From Clostridiales bacterium (lineage in GTDB: Bacteria; Bacillota; Clostridia; Christensenellales; Pumilibacteraceae): 32,000 nt of DNA. Positions 16,649 through 25,133 of this stretch are shown piece after piece. The stretch covers positions 1 to 32,000 of the forward strand of contig JAAVHP010000010.1 in assembly GCA_014799665.1 (NCBI GenBank), written 5' to 3'. Numbering within the stretch: the stretch's first letter is position 1; every line of letters begins with the position of its first letter. Both the position numbers and the translations under genes were made by a program. The notes beneath the pieces are model-generated. The model was given only the letters and a program-made list of their open reading frames with translations, made no database searches and had not been told where the DNA came from.

Positions 16649-17491
16649 TTACCACTTTCTCGAAGCGAAGTACAAACTCTTAACGCCGTTCTGTACGGGC
16701 GTGAGCTTCAAGTTAGGAAGAACGGACAAAAGTTTCTGATTGCTGCCGCTGTATTCGGCGAGCGGCTCGTCGTTCTTCACCACTATCTCAATATCGCCGT
16801 CGTCCTTGCGCACCAAACGCTTGACCTGTTTGGCAATTTCGAGATAGCTCGTTTTCTCGTTCGATACAAGGTTATAATCGCCACGCGGCAAATCCTTTTG
16901 CAGGAACTCGGCGAATACACGCAATGCGTCATCGATAGCAATCGTGCTGACAACGCGGTCGCGCTGAATAACGATCTGCTTCTTGCCGCGCGCACCCGCC
17001 TGCACGATCTTGTCGATAATACCCTTGCCGCCGTCCGCGCCGTAAACGGTAAAAAGTCTTAAAACGGTCGTGATCTTATCCTTGCCCGCGAGCATGGTTA
17101 TAAGATACCGCCCCAAACCGTACGCGTCGTGCGGAATATGCTTACCTAACATTTCCTCGGTAAAGTCGACTATCGGCGTGCTCGAATCGAACTCCACGCC
17201 CTCGCCTACCGTGATAAGCTTTTTAACGCCGTACGCAATTGCCATGTACTGAACGTTCTTGAACATTATAAGGTTATCCGCTTCGAGCGTCGCGTTCGCG
17301 CCCCTATCGGGCAAGCACGCAAGGTGCAATACCGCATCAAACTTATTCTCTTGAAAAACCTTAGCGACCGAGCGCGCGTCCGTAAGATCCATTTGCTCGT
17401 GCGTAGGCGCGACTATGTCAAAAGTCTTTTTGTATTTCTTGACGAACGCCTTGCCGATAGAGCCGCTTCCGCCCGTAACGAGAATTTTCAT
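16649..17491 (-). CDS. NAD(P)-binding Rossmann protein of the extended SDR / epimerase-dehydratase type (atypical active-site motif)
   Basis: I start it at ATG 17491 (MKILVTGGSGSIGKAF), with GGAGG 5 nt upstream. The track start at 17503 is a TTG. 280 aa. It has AYGLGR where extended SDRs have YxxxK. Confidence 0.75.
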   Translation of the reverse strand: MKILVTGGSGSIGKAFVKKYKKTFDIVAPTHEQMDLTDARSVAKVFQENKFDAVLHLACLPDRGANATLEADNLIMFKNVQYMAIAYGVKKLITVGEGVEFDSSTPIVDFTEEMLGKHIPHDAYGLGRYLITMLAGKDKITTVLRLFTVYGADGGKGIIDKIVQAGARGKKQIVIQRDRVVSTIAIDDALRVFAEFLQKDLPRGDYNLVSNEKTSYLEIAKQVKRLVRKDDGDIEIVVKNDEPLAEYSGSNQKLLSVLPNLKLTPVQNGVKSLYFASRKW

Positions 17492-17508
17492 ACTATCCTC
17501 CAAATAAC

Positions 17509-17594
17509 AATTAGGAATTAAGAATGATTGACCGCTTCGCAGTGATTCAATTATCCTTATTAATTCCTAATTACTAATTACTAATTCCTAATTA
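17509..17594. repeat. heptad inverted-repeat hairpin element with a GC apex (no cargo)
   Basis: Left arm is aattaggaattaagaatgattga. The apex accgcttcgcagt (17531-17543) is a 1-mismatch copy of 12129-12141. Right arm is tgattcaattatccttattaattcctaattactaattactaattcctaatta. The outer 13 bp (AATTAGGAATTAA) are perfectly complementary. Confidence 0.8.
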
Positions 17595-19187
17595 AAACAG
17601 TCCGCTTATCTTGCCGTCGTTATCTATCTTCATGCCGACGGCGTTGGGAACTCTCGGCAGTCCCGGCATGAGCAGTATATCGCCCGCAACGGCCACAACG
17701 AAGCCCGCGCCCGCGCGGTACTGTACGTCGCGTACCGTAATGGTAAAGCCCTCGGGACGGCCCAGCTTCTTGGCGTCGTCGGACAAAGAGTATTGCGTTT
17801 TTGCAATACACACGGGAAGCTTATCAACGCCGAGCGGCAGCATCTTTTCGAGGTTCTTCTTGGCTTTCGCCGTCCAAACCACGTTAGCCGCGCCGTATAT
17901 CTTGGTCGCGACCTTTTGCACTTTTTCGACTATCGTGTCGTTATCGTCGTAAGTAAAGGTGAGCTTGGCTTTGCCGCTCGCCGCCTTGACGACGGCTTCG
18001 GCAAGCTCGGTCGAGCCCGTGCCGCCCTTAGCCCAGCACTCGCAGAGCACGGCGACCGCGCCAGCGGCGGCTACCGCTTTCTTTACGGTATCGATTTCTT
18101 CCGCCGTGTCGTCGGTGAACCTATTGATAGCAACGACAACGTTCTGCCCGAATACTTTGGTAAGGTTTTCTATATGCTTGATAAGATTGCCCATGCCGCC
18201 GACGAGATCTCCGCCGCCGCCGTATTTGAGCGCACGAACGGTCGCGACGAGCACGGTCGCCGACGGTACGATTCCCGACATACGGCACTTGATATCGTAG
18301 AACTTCTCCGCGCCGAGGTCTGCGCCGAAGCCCGCCTCGGTAACTACGTAATCGGCGTAGCTTGCCGCCGTCTTTGTCGCAATGACCGAGTTACAACCGT
18401 GCGCGATATTGGCGAACGGTCCGCCGTGAACGAACGCAGGCGTGCCTTCGAGCGTCTGTACGAGATTGGGTTTGGCTGCGTCCTTCAAAAGAACAGCCAT
18501 AGCCTCGTTGGCTTGGAGATCGCCCGCCGTAACGGGTTTGCCCTCGTAATCGTAGCCTATGATAATGCGCCCGAGCCGAACTTTGAGATCGTCGAAGTTC
18601 GCGGCAAGACAGAGCGTAGCCATTACCTCGCTCGCGGCGGTGATGTTGAACCCGTCGTCGCGCGCGCCCGAGCCGGCGTTGACCACGATAGAACGAAGCG
18701 CGCGGTCGTTGCAGTCCATGCAGCGGTTAAAAGTGACCTTGGCGATCTTTAACGGATTGCCGAAGTACAGGCTATTATCTATCATCGCGCACAAAAGATT
18801 GTTCGCCGCGGTGATGGCGTGAAGGTCGCCCGTAAAATGCAGGTTGATATCGTCCATGGGCAGAATCTGCGCCATGCCGCCGCCCGTCGCACCGCCTTTC
18901 ATACCGAAAACGGGTCCGAGCGACGGTTCGCGGAGCGCGAGCGCCGTCTTTTTGCCTATCTTGTTGAGCCCGTCCGCAAGCCCTATGGAAACGGTGGACT
19001 TGCCCTCGCCCGCGGGCGTCGGGTTGATAGCGGTAACGAGAATTATCTTCGCCTTGGGCTCGAACTTAGGCGTTACCTTGGCTACGTAATCGCCGTAACG
19101 GTAAACGTTATCGATACCGAGCTTTTTCGCTATCTTCTCGATAGGCTGAGGTTTAGCTTCGTAAGCTATTTCAATATCCGTTTTCAT
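17592..19187 (-). CDS. fhs: formate--tetrahydrofolate ligase
   Basis: 531 aa starting MKTDIEIAYEAKPQPIEKIA, with a PTPAGEGKST P-loop and full-length family resemblance. AAGGAG RBS. Confidence 0.96.
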   Translation of the reverse strand: MKTDIEIAYEAKPQPIEKIAKKLGIDNVYRYGDYVAKVTPKFEPKAKIILVTAINPTPAGEGKSTVSIGLADGLNKIGKKTALALREPSLGPVFGMKGGATGGGMAQILPMDDINLHFTGDLHAITAANNLLCAMIDNSLYFGNPLKIAKVTFNRCMDCNDRALRSIVVNAGSGARDDGFNITAASEVMATLCLAANFDDLKVRLGRIIIGYDYEGKPVTAGDLQANEAMAVLLKDAAKPNLVQTLEGTPAFVHGGPFANIAHGCNSVIATKTAASYADYVVTEAGFGADLGAEKFYDIKCRMSGIVPSATVLVATVRALKYGGGGDLVGGMGNLIKHIENLTKVFGQNVVVAINRFTDDTAEEIDTVKKAVAAAGAVAVLCECWAKGGTGSTELAEAVVKAASGKAKLTFTYDDNDTIVEKVQKVATKIYGAANVVWTAKAKKNLEKMLPLGVDKLPVCIAKTQYSLSDDAKKLGRPEGFTITVRDVQYRAGAGFVVAVAGDILLMPGLPRVPNAVGMKIDNDGKISGLF

Positions 19188-19232
19188 GTATTTCTCCTTG
19201 TCGCATTACTGCGAAAATGTAGTCGAATAATT

Positions 19233-20630
19233 TTATTCCTCGGTCTCGCTGCCTTCGTCGCCGTCCGCCTGTTCGTAGGCTTCGTTCGGCTCGCCTTCTG
19301 TGAATTCTTCGGCTTCCCTGTCTTGTTCCGTTTCTTCGGCTTCGCCGTCCGCTTGCGGGGGCGCGTCCAATTGCTCCTCGCCGAGTTCGAGTTCGGCGGG
19401 CTGCTCGTCGTCGCCGCTCGAAATCTTTTTAACGCTTATGGCAAGCGCGATCGTCGCGAGCACCGCCGCGACCGCAAACCCGCAAATGAACGAAGTCAGG
19501 TCGAACCAAATGGTAACGACGATCGCCGCGGCAAGGAGCGCAACGGCAAACGCCAAAAGCGTGACGAGCTCTGTCAGGATATACACAACCCCGCTAGTAA
19601 TGTGCGGCTTGATCGCAACTACTCTAAGCTTGGTCAGCCGCACGCAAAGCGCGCCGCACGCGCCGACAATGACCGAGGTAACTATCACTATTGCGGTGAA
19701 CCCCGCGATATTCATGGGAACGACGGAAGCTATTATCAGCAGCGCGGACGAAACCGCGAACCCGCCCGTCAGCACACCGAGCAAAACGTTATTGCACTTG
19801 GTAACGTATTTGGCGGACACCGACTGCATCGCGCCGTAGCCGCAAACAACGGCGAGCGCCACGAACACGGTCGTGTAGATCCAAATTCCGCGCACCGCCG
19901 TAAAAAACAATAACAGCGCCGCAATACACGCAAACGCCGCTTGGAACAGGAACGACGAAACAAACAGCCGAATATCGAGCCCCGTATAGAAAGTGCGGTA
20001 CACGCTCTTAACGGTGAGCGCACGCCGCCCGACCAGCTTGGGAATGCCGTAGTGAGTAACAAGGTACTGCACCATGGCGAGCACCACGCAGGTAAGCGAG
20101 ATCACGTACGCGCAGTTGATATACATAGTTTCGGGATCGGCGTACATAAAGCCTGCGTAGGACGCAAGCGCGCCGACGGCTCCCAGCACCGAGAAAACGC
20201 CCGACCACAACGAGTGCGAGGTAATGCCAAAGCCGCCCAACCTCGCGCGAACGGAGAAAGCGCAATACCGATATAGCGTAATGGAAACGGCAAACACGAG
20301 CGCGCCGATAAATACGAGCGCGATCGAGTTTTGATTGGTGAACATCATAACGAACGAAATCGCCGACACGAACGCCGAAATAGGCATAACGAGGTGATAC
20401 CGCCCGAAGAGTAGCATATCCACGCGGTGAACGAGCAAATAGAACAGCGGCATTACCGCAAGCGGGATAAGGCAGCACAGCGGCAAAAACCATGTTATTA
20501 TGCTCGCCTGGCTCGTCGCAATGAACGGCACGAACATCAACAAACACATGACGAAATAGCCCGTCGTGAACGAGTCGCTCGACAGCGCTATTGCCTGCAA
20601 TTTTGTTTCGTATTTGTTCTTTATTTCCAC
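19233..20630 (-). CDS. 12-TM (6+6) MFS-like membrane protein with a ~55-aa highly acidic C-terminal tail
   Basis: 465 aa with a GTG start and GGAG 6 nt upstream. By eye there are twelve hydrophobic helices and a central basic loop. The tail reads SSGDDEQPAELELGEEQLDAPPQADGEAEETEQDREAEEFTEGE... Confidence 0.7.
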   Translation of the reverse strand: MEIKNKYETKLQAIALSSDSFTTGYFVMCLLMFVPFIATSQASIITWFLPLCCLIPLAVMPLFYLLVHRVDMLLFGRYHLVMPISAFVSAISFVMMFTNQNSIALVFIGALVFAVSITLYRYCAFSVRARLGGFGITSHSLWSGVFSVLGAVGALASYAGFMYADPETMYINCAYVISLTCVVLAMVQYLVTHYGIPKLVGRRALTVKSVYRTFYTGLDIRLFVSSFLFQAAFACIAALLLFFTAVRGIWIYTTVFVALAVVCGYGAMQSVSAKYVTKCNNVLLGVLTGGFAVSSALLIIASVVPMNIAGFTAIVIVTSVIVGACGALCVRLTKLRVVAIKPHITSGVVYILTELVTLLAFAVALLAAAIVVTIWFDLTSFICGFAVAAVLATIALAISVKKISSGDDEQPAELELGEEQLDAPPQADGEAEETEQDREAEEFTEGEPNEAYEQADGDEGSETEE

Positions 20631-20660
20631 CCGCCGCTCCAGTTAAATGGGTATATCGAA

Positions 20661-20689
20661 ATTATATAGCAAACCCGAAGATTTGTCAA
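20661..20689 (-). promoter_or_regulatory. consensus sigma-70 promoter for the MFS-like gene and fhs
   Basis: Minus strand reads TTGACA (20689-20684), a 17-nt spacer, then TATAAT (20666-20661). Confidence 0.6.
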
Positions 20690-21514
20690 TTATATTGGTT
20701 CAGAATTATCCTGCGGTTTAGCAAACAACTCGATAGATAGCGCGCCGTCATCCTGCACGCCGTCCACGGTAACACGTTTAAGCCTCTTGGATAGAGCGAT
20801 TTTCTTTTCTATCTCGCGGTACTCGTCCATGCTCGAAAAGTCGGCAGTCGAGCGTATGACCGCGACCGATCCGCTCGACACTAAGTTGGAAAGCCGCAAC
20901 GCCGCCGCGTTGCCGTCGCCGCCCGCAAGCAGTAACGCCTTGTACGCATTGTCGAGCGTTTTCACATTGGGAAGAGCCTGTGCGACGGTATCTACGCGCT
21001 CATCGAAAAGGCTGTCTACCGTCAAAAGATATCCACGGTTAAACTTTATGGGCATCGCCTTTTCCTCATCCTCGGCTAGGAATCGTGTAAACCCGTAACA
21101 GCACAGCGCGGCAAACACTATATACACGAGCACGCCGATAAGAATACGCACCGCCAAAATATCGTATACGGCTTTTATCATGACGTCGACGACGAACGCG
21201 AAAACACCCGCCGTCACGAGCCCGAGCACGACCGCCGCTACGCCCTTGCCGCCGAGCGCGGACAACTCAGAACCGACCACGCCGCGCACGCTAACGAACA
21301 GATTATAAAGCGGCTTAGCCGATAAGCCCAGGAGCGCCGCCAGGGCGAGCGCAGAAACTATTATAACGATTATGCGAAACTCCTCGCGCATCACCTGCGG
21401 ATAGAAAACGAAATACTGCCATACCGCAGTACCGCCTACCGCCGCACCGAGCGCAATGAGCGCCGCGCGCAGGATTATCAGTTTCTTTTTGTCGTATTTA
21501 TTGTCGGATTTCAT
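20690..21514 (-). CDS. YacL-like integral membrane protein (4 TM plus a degenerate PIN-like domain, no TRAM domain)
   Basis: 274 aa with an AAGGAG RBS. Four N-terminal TM helices are followed by YLLTVDSLFDERV...RLSNLV...KKIALSKRLKRVTVDG, which parallels B. subtilis YacL ILDTSVIIDGRI...LDILNRI...KLVKLAKLTSGVVVTND as I recall it. Confidence 0.45.
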   Translation of the reverse strand: MKSDNKYDKKKLIILRAALIALGAAVGGTAVWQYFVFYPQVMREEFRIIVIIVSALALAALLGLSAKPLYNLFVSVRGVVGSELSALGGKGVAAVVLGLVTAGVFAFVVDVMIKAVYDILAVRILIGVLVYIVFAALCCYGFTRFLAEDEEKAMPIKFNRGYLLTVDSLFDERVDTVAQALPNVKTLDNAYKALLLAGGDGNAAALRLSNLVSSGSVAVIRSTADFSSMDEYREIEKKIALSKRLKRVTVDGVQDDGALSIELFAKPQDNSEPI

Positions 21515-21528
21515 ATATCTCCTTTTTC

Positions 21529-21569
21529 GCCTTCCCCAATTGGGGAAGGTGCCCGAAGGGCGTCGGGCA
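21529..21569. repeat. 20-bp perfect palindrome module, copy A, with an adjacent hairpin
   Basis: gCCTTCCCCAATTGGGGAAGGtg (21529-21551) is identical to 27814-27836. It is followed by TGCCCGA-AGGGCG-TCGGGCA (21550-21569). Confidence 0.85.
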
Positions 21570-21575
21570 TTATTT

Positions 21576-21612
21576 AATTACGAGCGGAGCGAGTCCGTAA
21601 TTCTTAATTCAC
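21576..21612. repeat. AATTACG-stem hairpin and heptads at the recD2 stop
   Basis: AATTACG agcggagcgagtc CGTAATT (21576-21602) is followed by cttaattcac. The recD2 TAA lies at 21604-21606. Confidence 0.6.
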
Positions 21613-23784
21613 ATCTCCGTACAGCTTAGTCATTCCCGCCTTAGCGTCGTCTATAAACACATTAAGCGCGGAGAACCGCTCGGCTACGTAGTTATTATCG
21701 ACCATGCGCTTGACCGCATACTCGTCGCCGACGAGTACCGCCATTTTCTTGGCGCGAGTGATAGCCGTGTACAAAAGATTGCGCGTCATAATTACGGGCG
21801 CCCCCACGATGACCGGCATTACCACCGCGTCGAACTCACAGCCCTGACTCTTATGCACAGTCACCGCGTAGGATAAAATAAGCTGACGGCGGTTTTCGCC
21901 CGCGTACAGTACGCGCCGCCCGTCCTCGAACTCAACTTCGATCTCGCCGGTATCGAACACATGCACCACTATTCCTATATCGCCGTTAAAAACGCCCACG
22001 CCGCTCGCGCTACCGCGCGACCATTCGAGCTCGTAGTTGTTCACGGTATGCATAACGCGGTCGCCTTCAATAAACGTGCAGTCGCCGACAACCACCTTTT
22101 TCTTCGCGCCGGCGTTGAGCGCGGCTTGAAGCCGAGTGTTAAGAGTATGCACGCCGCACACGCCGTTTTTGAGCGCCGCTATCACTTGGATACGGTGCGG
22201 CTCTATTCCGCAGAACCCCGTTATGCGCGTCGTGGCGAGCTGAACCGTCATGTCCGCAATCTCCTGCGCCGACCGCATACGGAAGAAAAAGAAATCGCCG
22301 TCGCGCGCCGTAAGGTCGGGGACCTTGCCGTCGTTTATCTCGTGCGCGCTTACCGCTATTCGGCTCGTGTTCGACTGACGGTAAATAAAGCTAAGCCGCG
22401 TTACGGGCACGAGCCCGCTCGCTATAAGATCGCGAAGCACATTGCCTGCCCCTACCGACGGGAGCTGATCGGCGTCGCCGACCACGATAAGTTTTGTTGC
22501 GTCGCTCATGTGGTCGAGCAAGTTTTTGTAGAGGAAAATATCGACCATGGAAAACTCGTCTACAATTACCGCGTTCGCGTCGAACTTGGCGCCGTCTTCG
22601 AGCATAAGCACCGCGCGGTGAATTGTAGATGCGTCTCTGCCGCAACCCTCTGTAATACGCTTGGCGGCTCTACCCGTCGGCGCGAGCAAAGTCGCAGTAA
22701 GAGAGAGCGCGTCGAGCACGAAAAGTATACAGTTGATAATAGTGGTCTTGCCCGTGCCCGGTCCGCCCGTAATCACGGACGCGCCGTGGGTCACGGCGTT
22801 AACGACCGCTTCGCGTTGCGCCGCATGCAGCGTTATATTCTCCGTCTTTTCGAACCTATCTATTACATCATTCACGTCGACGGGAACTATACCCGACGCA
22901 TCCACGCGCCTGACCGTCTTAACCGCCGCCGCGCGTTCGGTGCGGTAATACAGCTCGCCCATAACGGCGCCCTCGAACGGAATAACGACCTTACGCGCGA
23001 TCATGAGCGAATCGAGCGCACGCACAAGCCCGTCCTCGTCGTAGCGCACGAGCAGTTTTTTTGCCTCGTCGAACAGCTTATCTTTCGGCAGATAAGTATT
23101 GCCCTCTTTCTCGCACGACGAGCCCAGCGCGTGAACTATCCCCGCGCGCATACGGAAATCGCTAAGCGGGTCAATACCCATCGACTGCGCGATCTTATCG
23201 GCGGTGAGAAAGCCCACGCCGTCCACGTCCTCGACGAGAACGTACGGATTGCTCTTGACGGTGGAAACGGTAGAAGCGCCGTACACCGAATACAGTTTGA
23301 GCGCAAGATTGACCGACACGCCGTAGCCCGCGAGAAACATAATCGCCTCGCGCTGAGCACGGAGCGCGCCGAAGCTCTCCGCTATTTTGACCGCCTTCTT
23401 AGGGCTTATGCCGCGGATCTCGGAAAGTCTTTCGGGCGTTTTTTCTATTATTTCGATAGCGTCCACGCCGAACTTATCGACGATACGCGCAGCCGTTTTT
23501 TCGCCCACGCCCTCGATAAGCCCCGAGCCGAGAAACCGTATGATCCCGTACTCGCTGCGCGGCGCGGCAATGGACGCGCGTTCGGCTTTGAACTGCGTGC
23601 CGAACTTGGGATGAATGACAAACTCGCCTTCAAGCTCGATAAAATCGCCCGGCGTGACAGGCGGAAGCGTGCCCGCCACTGTAACGGGATCGCCGTCACT
23701 GTCGAGCACAAGCACTGTCCAGCCGTTTTCATCGTTGCGAAAACGTATTTCTTCAACCGAACCCGAAAGCCTGTCCAAAATCAA
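21604..23784 (-). CDS. recD2: RecD2-type SF1B ATP-dependent DNA helicase
   Basis: 726 aa with Walker A GGPGTGKTT, Walker B VDEFSMVD, TVHKSQG near the C-terminus and an N-terminal OB/HhH-like region. The TTG start overlaps the metK TGA (TTGA at 23781-23784). Confidence 0.9.
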   Translation of the reverse strand: MILDRLSGSVEEIRFRNDENGWTVLVLDSDGDPVTVAGTLPPVTPGDFIELEGEFVIHPKFGTQFKAERASIAAPRSEYGIIRFLGSGLIEGVGEKTAARIVDKFGVDAIEIIEKTPERLSEIRGISPKKAVKIAESFGALRAQREAIMFLAGYGVSVNLALKLYSVYGASTVSTVKSNPYVLVEDVDGVGFLTADKIAQSMGIDPLSDFRMRAGIVHALGSSCEKEGNTYLPKDKLFDEAKKLLVRYDEDGLVRALDSLMIARKVVIPFEGAVMGELYYRTERAAAVKTVRRVDASGIVPVDVNDVIDRFEKTENITLHAAQREAVVNAVTHGASVITGGPGTGKTTIINCILFVLDALSLTATLLAPTGRAAKRITEGCGRDASTIHRAVLMLEDGAKFDANAVIVDEFSMVDIFLYKNLLDHMSDATKLIVVGDADQLPSVGAGNVLRDLIASGLVPVTRLSFIYRQSNTSRIAVSAHEINDGKVPDLTARDGDFFFFRMRSAQEIADMTVQLATTRITGFCGIEPHRIQVIAALKNGVCGVHTLNTRLQAALNAGAKKKVVVGDCTFIEGDRVMHTVNNYELEWSRGSASGVGVFNGDIGIVVHVFDTGEIEVEFEDGRRVLYAGENRRQLILSYAVTVHKSQGCEFDAVVMPVIVGAPVIMTRNLLYTAITRAKKMAVLVGDEYAVKRMVDNNYVAERFSALNVFIDDAKAGMTKLYGDVN

Positions 23785-24947
23785 TACACCGCTTTGATCT
23801 TCTGAACGCTGTCGAGCTGTTCCCAGGGCAAGTCGCGTTTGCCGAAATGCCCGTAGTTAGTCGTCTTTCTGTAAATGGGGTTCCTAAGCCCGAGCTTCTC
23901 TATGAACGCCGCTGGACGGAAGTCGAACACCTTTTCGACCGCCGCTTTTATCTTAGAGTCGTCGCCCGTGCCGAACGTGTCGACGAACAGCGAAACGGGC
24001 CGAGCCTTACCTATCGCGTACCCGACCTGGATCATCACGCGCGAGCACAACCCCGCCGCAACGAGGTTTTTGCACACGTACCGCGCGTAGTAGGACGCCG
24101 AGCGGTCGACCTTAGAAGCGTCCTTACCGCTGAACGCGCCGCCGCCGTGCGGGATCGCGCCGCCGTAGGTATCGACGATTATCTTTCTGCCGGTAACGCC
24201 GGTATCGCCCGCGGGCCCGCCCACTACGAACCGCCCCGTCGGGTTGATAAGTATCTCCGCGCCCTTCAACATTTTTTCGGGCACGACCTTTTTTATAACG
24301 CTTTCGTAAATGCCGTCTTTGAGCTTTTTATCGCTTACGTCGGGCGAATGCTGCGCCGACACGACTACCGTTTTTACGCCGACGGGAACGTTATCCTCGT
24401 AGGCAAGCGAAACCATCGCCTTGCCGTCAGGGCGCAGAAAATCAAGCTCGCCGCTCTTTCTCACCTCGGCGAGCCTACGGGTGAGCGAGTGCGCGAGCGT
24501 GAGCGGCATGGGCATGAGCTCGTCGGTCTCAGAGCACGCGTAGCCGAACATCATACCCTGATCGCCCGCGCCTACCGCGTCGTAGGGATCGGCGGAGCTG
24601 AGCGTTCGGGTTTCGAGCGAGTTTATAACGCCCTGCGCAATGTCGGGCGACTGACCGTTGATGCAGTTAAGCACGGCGCAGGTCGTAGCGTCGAAGCCAA
24701 GCTCGGGATGAGTATACCCCACCTCGGCAATGGTCGAGCGCGCTATCTTTTGCACGTCGATAAAATCGGTCTGAGTATCGAACTCGCCGAGTACTACGGC
24801 AAGCCCCGTCGCACAGCACACCTCGCACGCAATGCGGCTGTTCGCGTCCTTTTCGAGCGCCGCGTCGAGCACGGAGTCCGCTATATAATCGCAAACTTTA
24901 TCGGGATGTCCTTCGGTCACGCTTTCCGACGATACTATTCTTTGCAT
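23781..24947 (-). CDS. metK: S-adenosylmethionine synthetase
   Basis: 388 aa starting MQRIVSSESVTEGHPDKVCD, with GAGDQGMMFGYA and full-length MetK resemblance. Confidence 0.97.
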   Translation of the reverse strand: MQRIVSSESVTEGHPDKVCDYIADSVLDAALEKDANSRIACEVCCATGLAVVLGEFDTQTDFIDVQKIARSTIAEVGYTHPELGFDATTCAVLNCINGQSPDIAQGVINSLETRTLSSADPYDAVGAGDQGMMFGYACSETDELMPMPLTLAHSLTRRLAEVRKSGELDFLRPDGKAMVSLAYEDNVPVGVKTVVVSAQHSPDVSDKKLKDGIYESVIKKVVPEKMLKGAEILINPTGRFVVGGPAGDTGVTGRKIIVDTYGGAIPHGGGAFSGKDASKVDRSASYYARYVCKNLVAAGLCSRVMIQVGYAIGKARPVSLFVDTFGTGDDSKIKAAVEKVFDFRPAAFIEKLGLRNPIYRKTTNYGHFGKRDLPWEQLDSVQKIKAVY

Positions 24948-24982
24948 AAGTAAACACTTCCTAAAATATTATTAACTATCAT

Positions 24983-25011
24983 ATAATACAATAATGCTAT
25001 CCCTTTGTCAA
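24983..25011 (-). promoter_or_regulatory. sigma-70-type promoter for metK-recD2
   Basis: Minus strand reads TTGACA (25011-25006), a 17-nt spacer, then TATTAT (24988-24983). The leader is only ~30 nt. Confidence 0.55.
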
Positions 25012-25062
25012 GTCCGGAGCAAAGATACACGCTCTGAACCTAAATTAATTAAAGAATAGCTA

Positions 25063-25091
25063 TTGACAAATACAATATAAAATGATATAAT
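25063..25091 (+). promoter_or_regulatory. perfect consensus extended -10 promoter for the plus-strand gene
   Basis: TTGACA (25063-25068), a 17-nt spacer ending TGA, then TATAAT (25086-25091). GGAGGA lies at 25115-25120 and the ATG at 25134. Confidence 0.65.
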
Positions 25092-25133
25092 ATCAAACAG
25101 CAAATAAAAACCACGGAGGAATTTGAAACAAAC

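Noticed and set aside
21961-23805. Long plus-strand ORFs opposite real genes: 21961..23805 (614 aa), 30221..31684 (487 aa), 23847..24953 (368 aa), 18819..19913 (364 aa), 26647..27690 (347 aa), 357..1088, 8134..8988 and similar.
   Set aside because: Each lies entirely antisense to a confidently identified minus-strand gene. Their translations are Arg/His/Ala-rich low-complexity sequence with no recognisable motifs or RBS. This is the typical open-frame shadow of GC-rich coding DNA.
24948-25011. Expected SAM-I (S-box) riboswitch upstream of metK, and T-box leaders upstream of leuS, metG, alaS and proS.
   Set aside because: The metK leader from the predicted promoter is only ~30 nt. None of the upstream regions contains the T-box core or S-box conserved segments that I can recognise. 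A covariance-model scan would be the decisive test.
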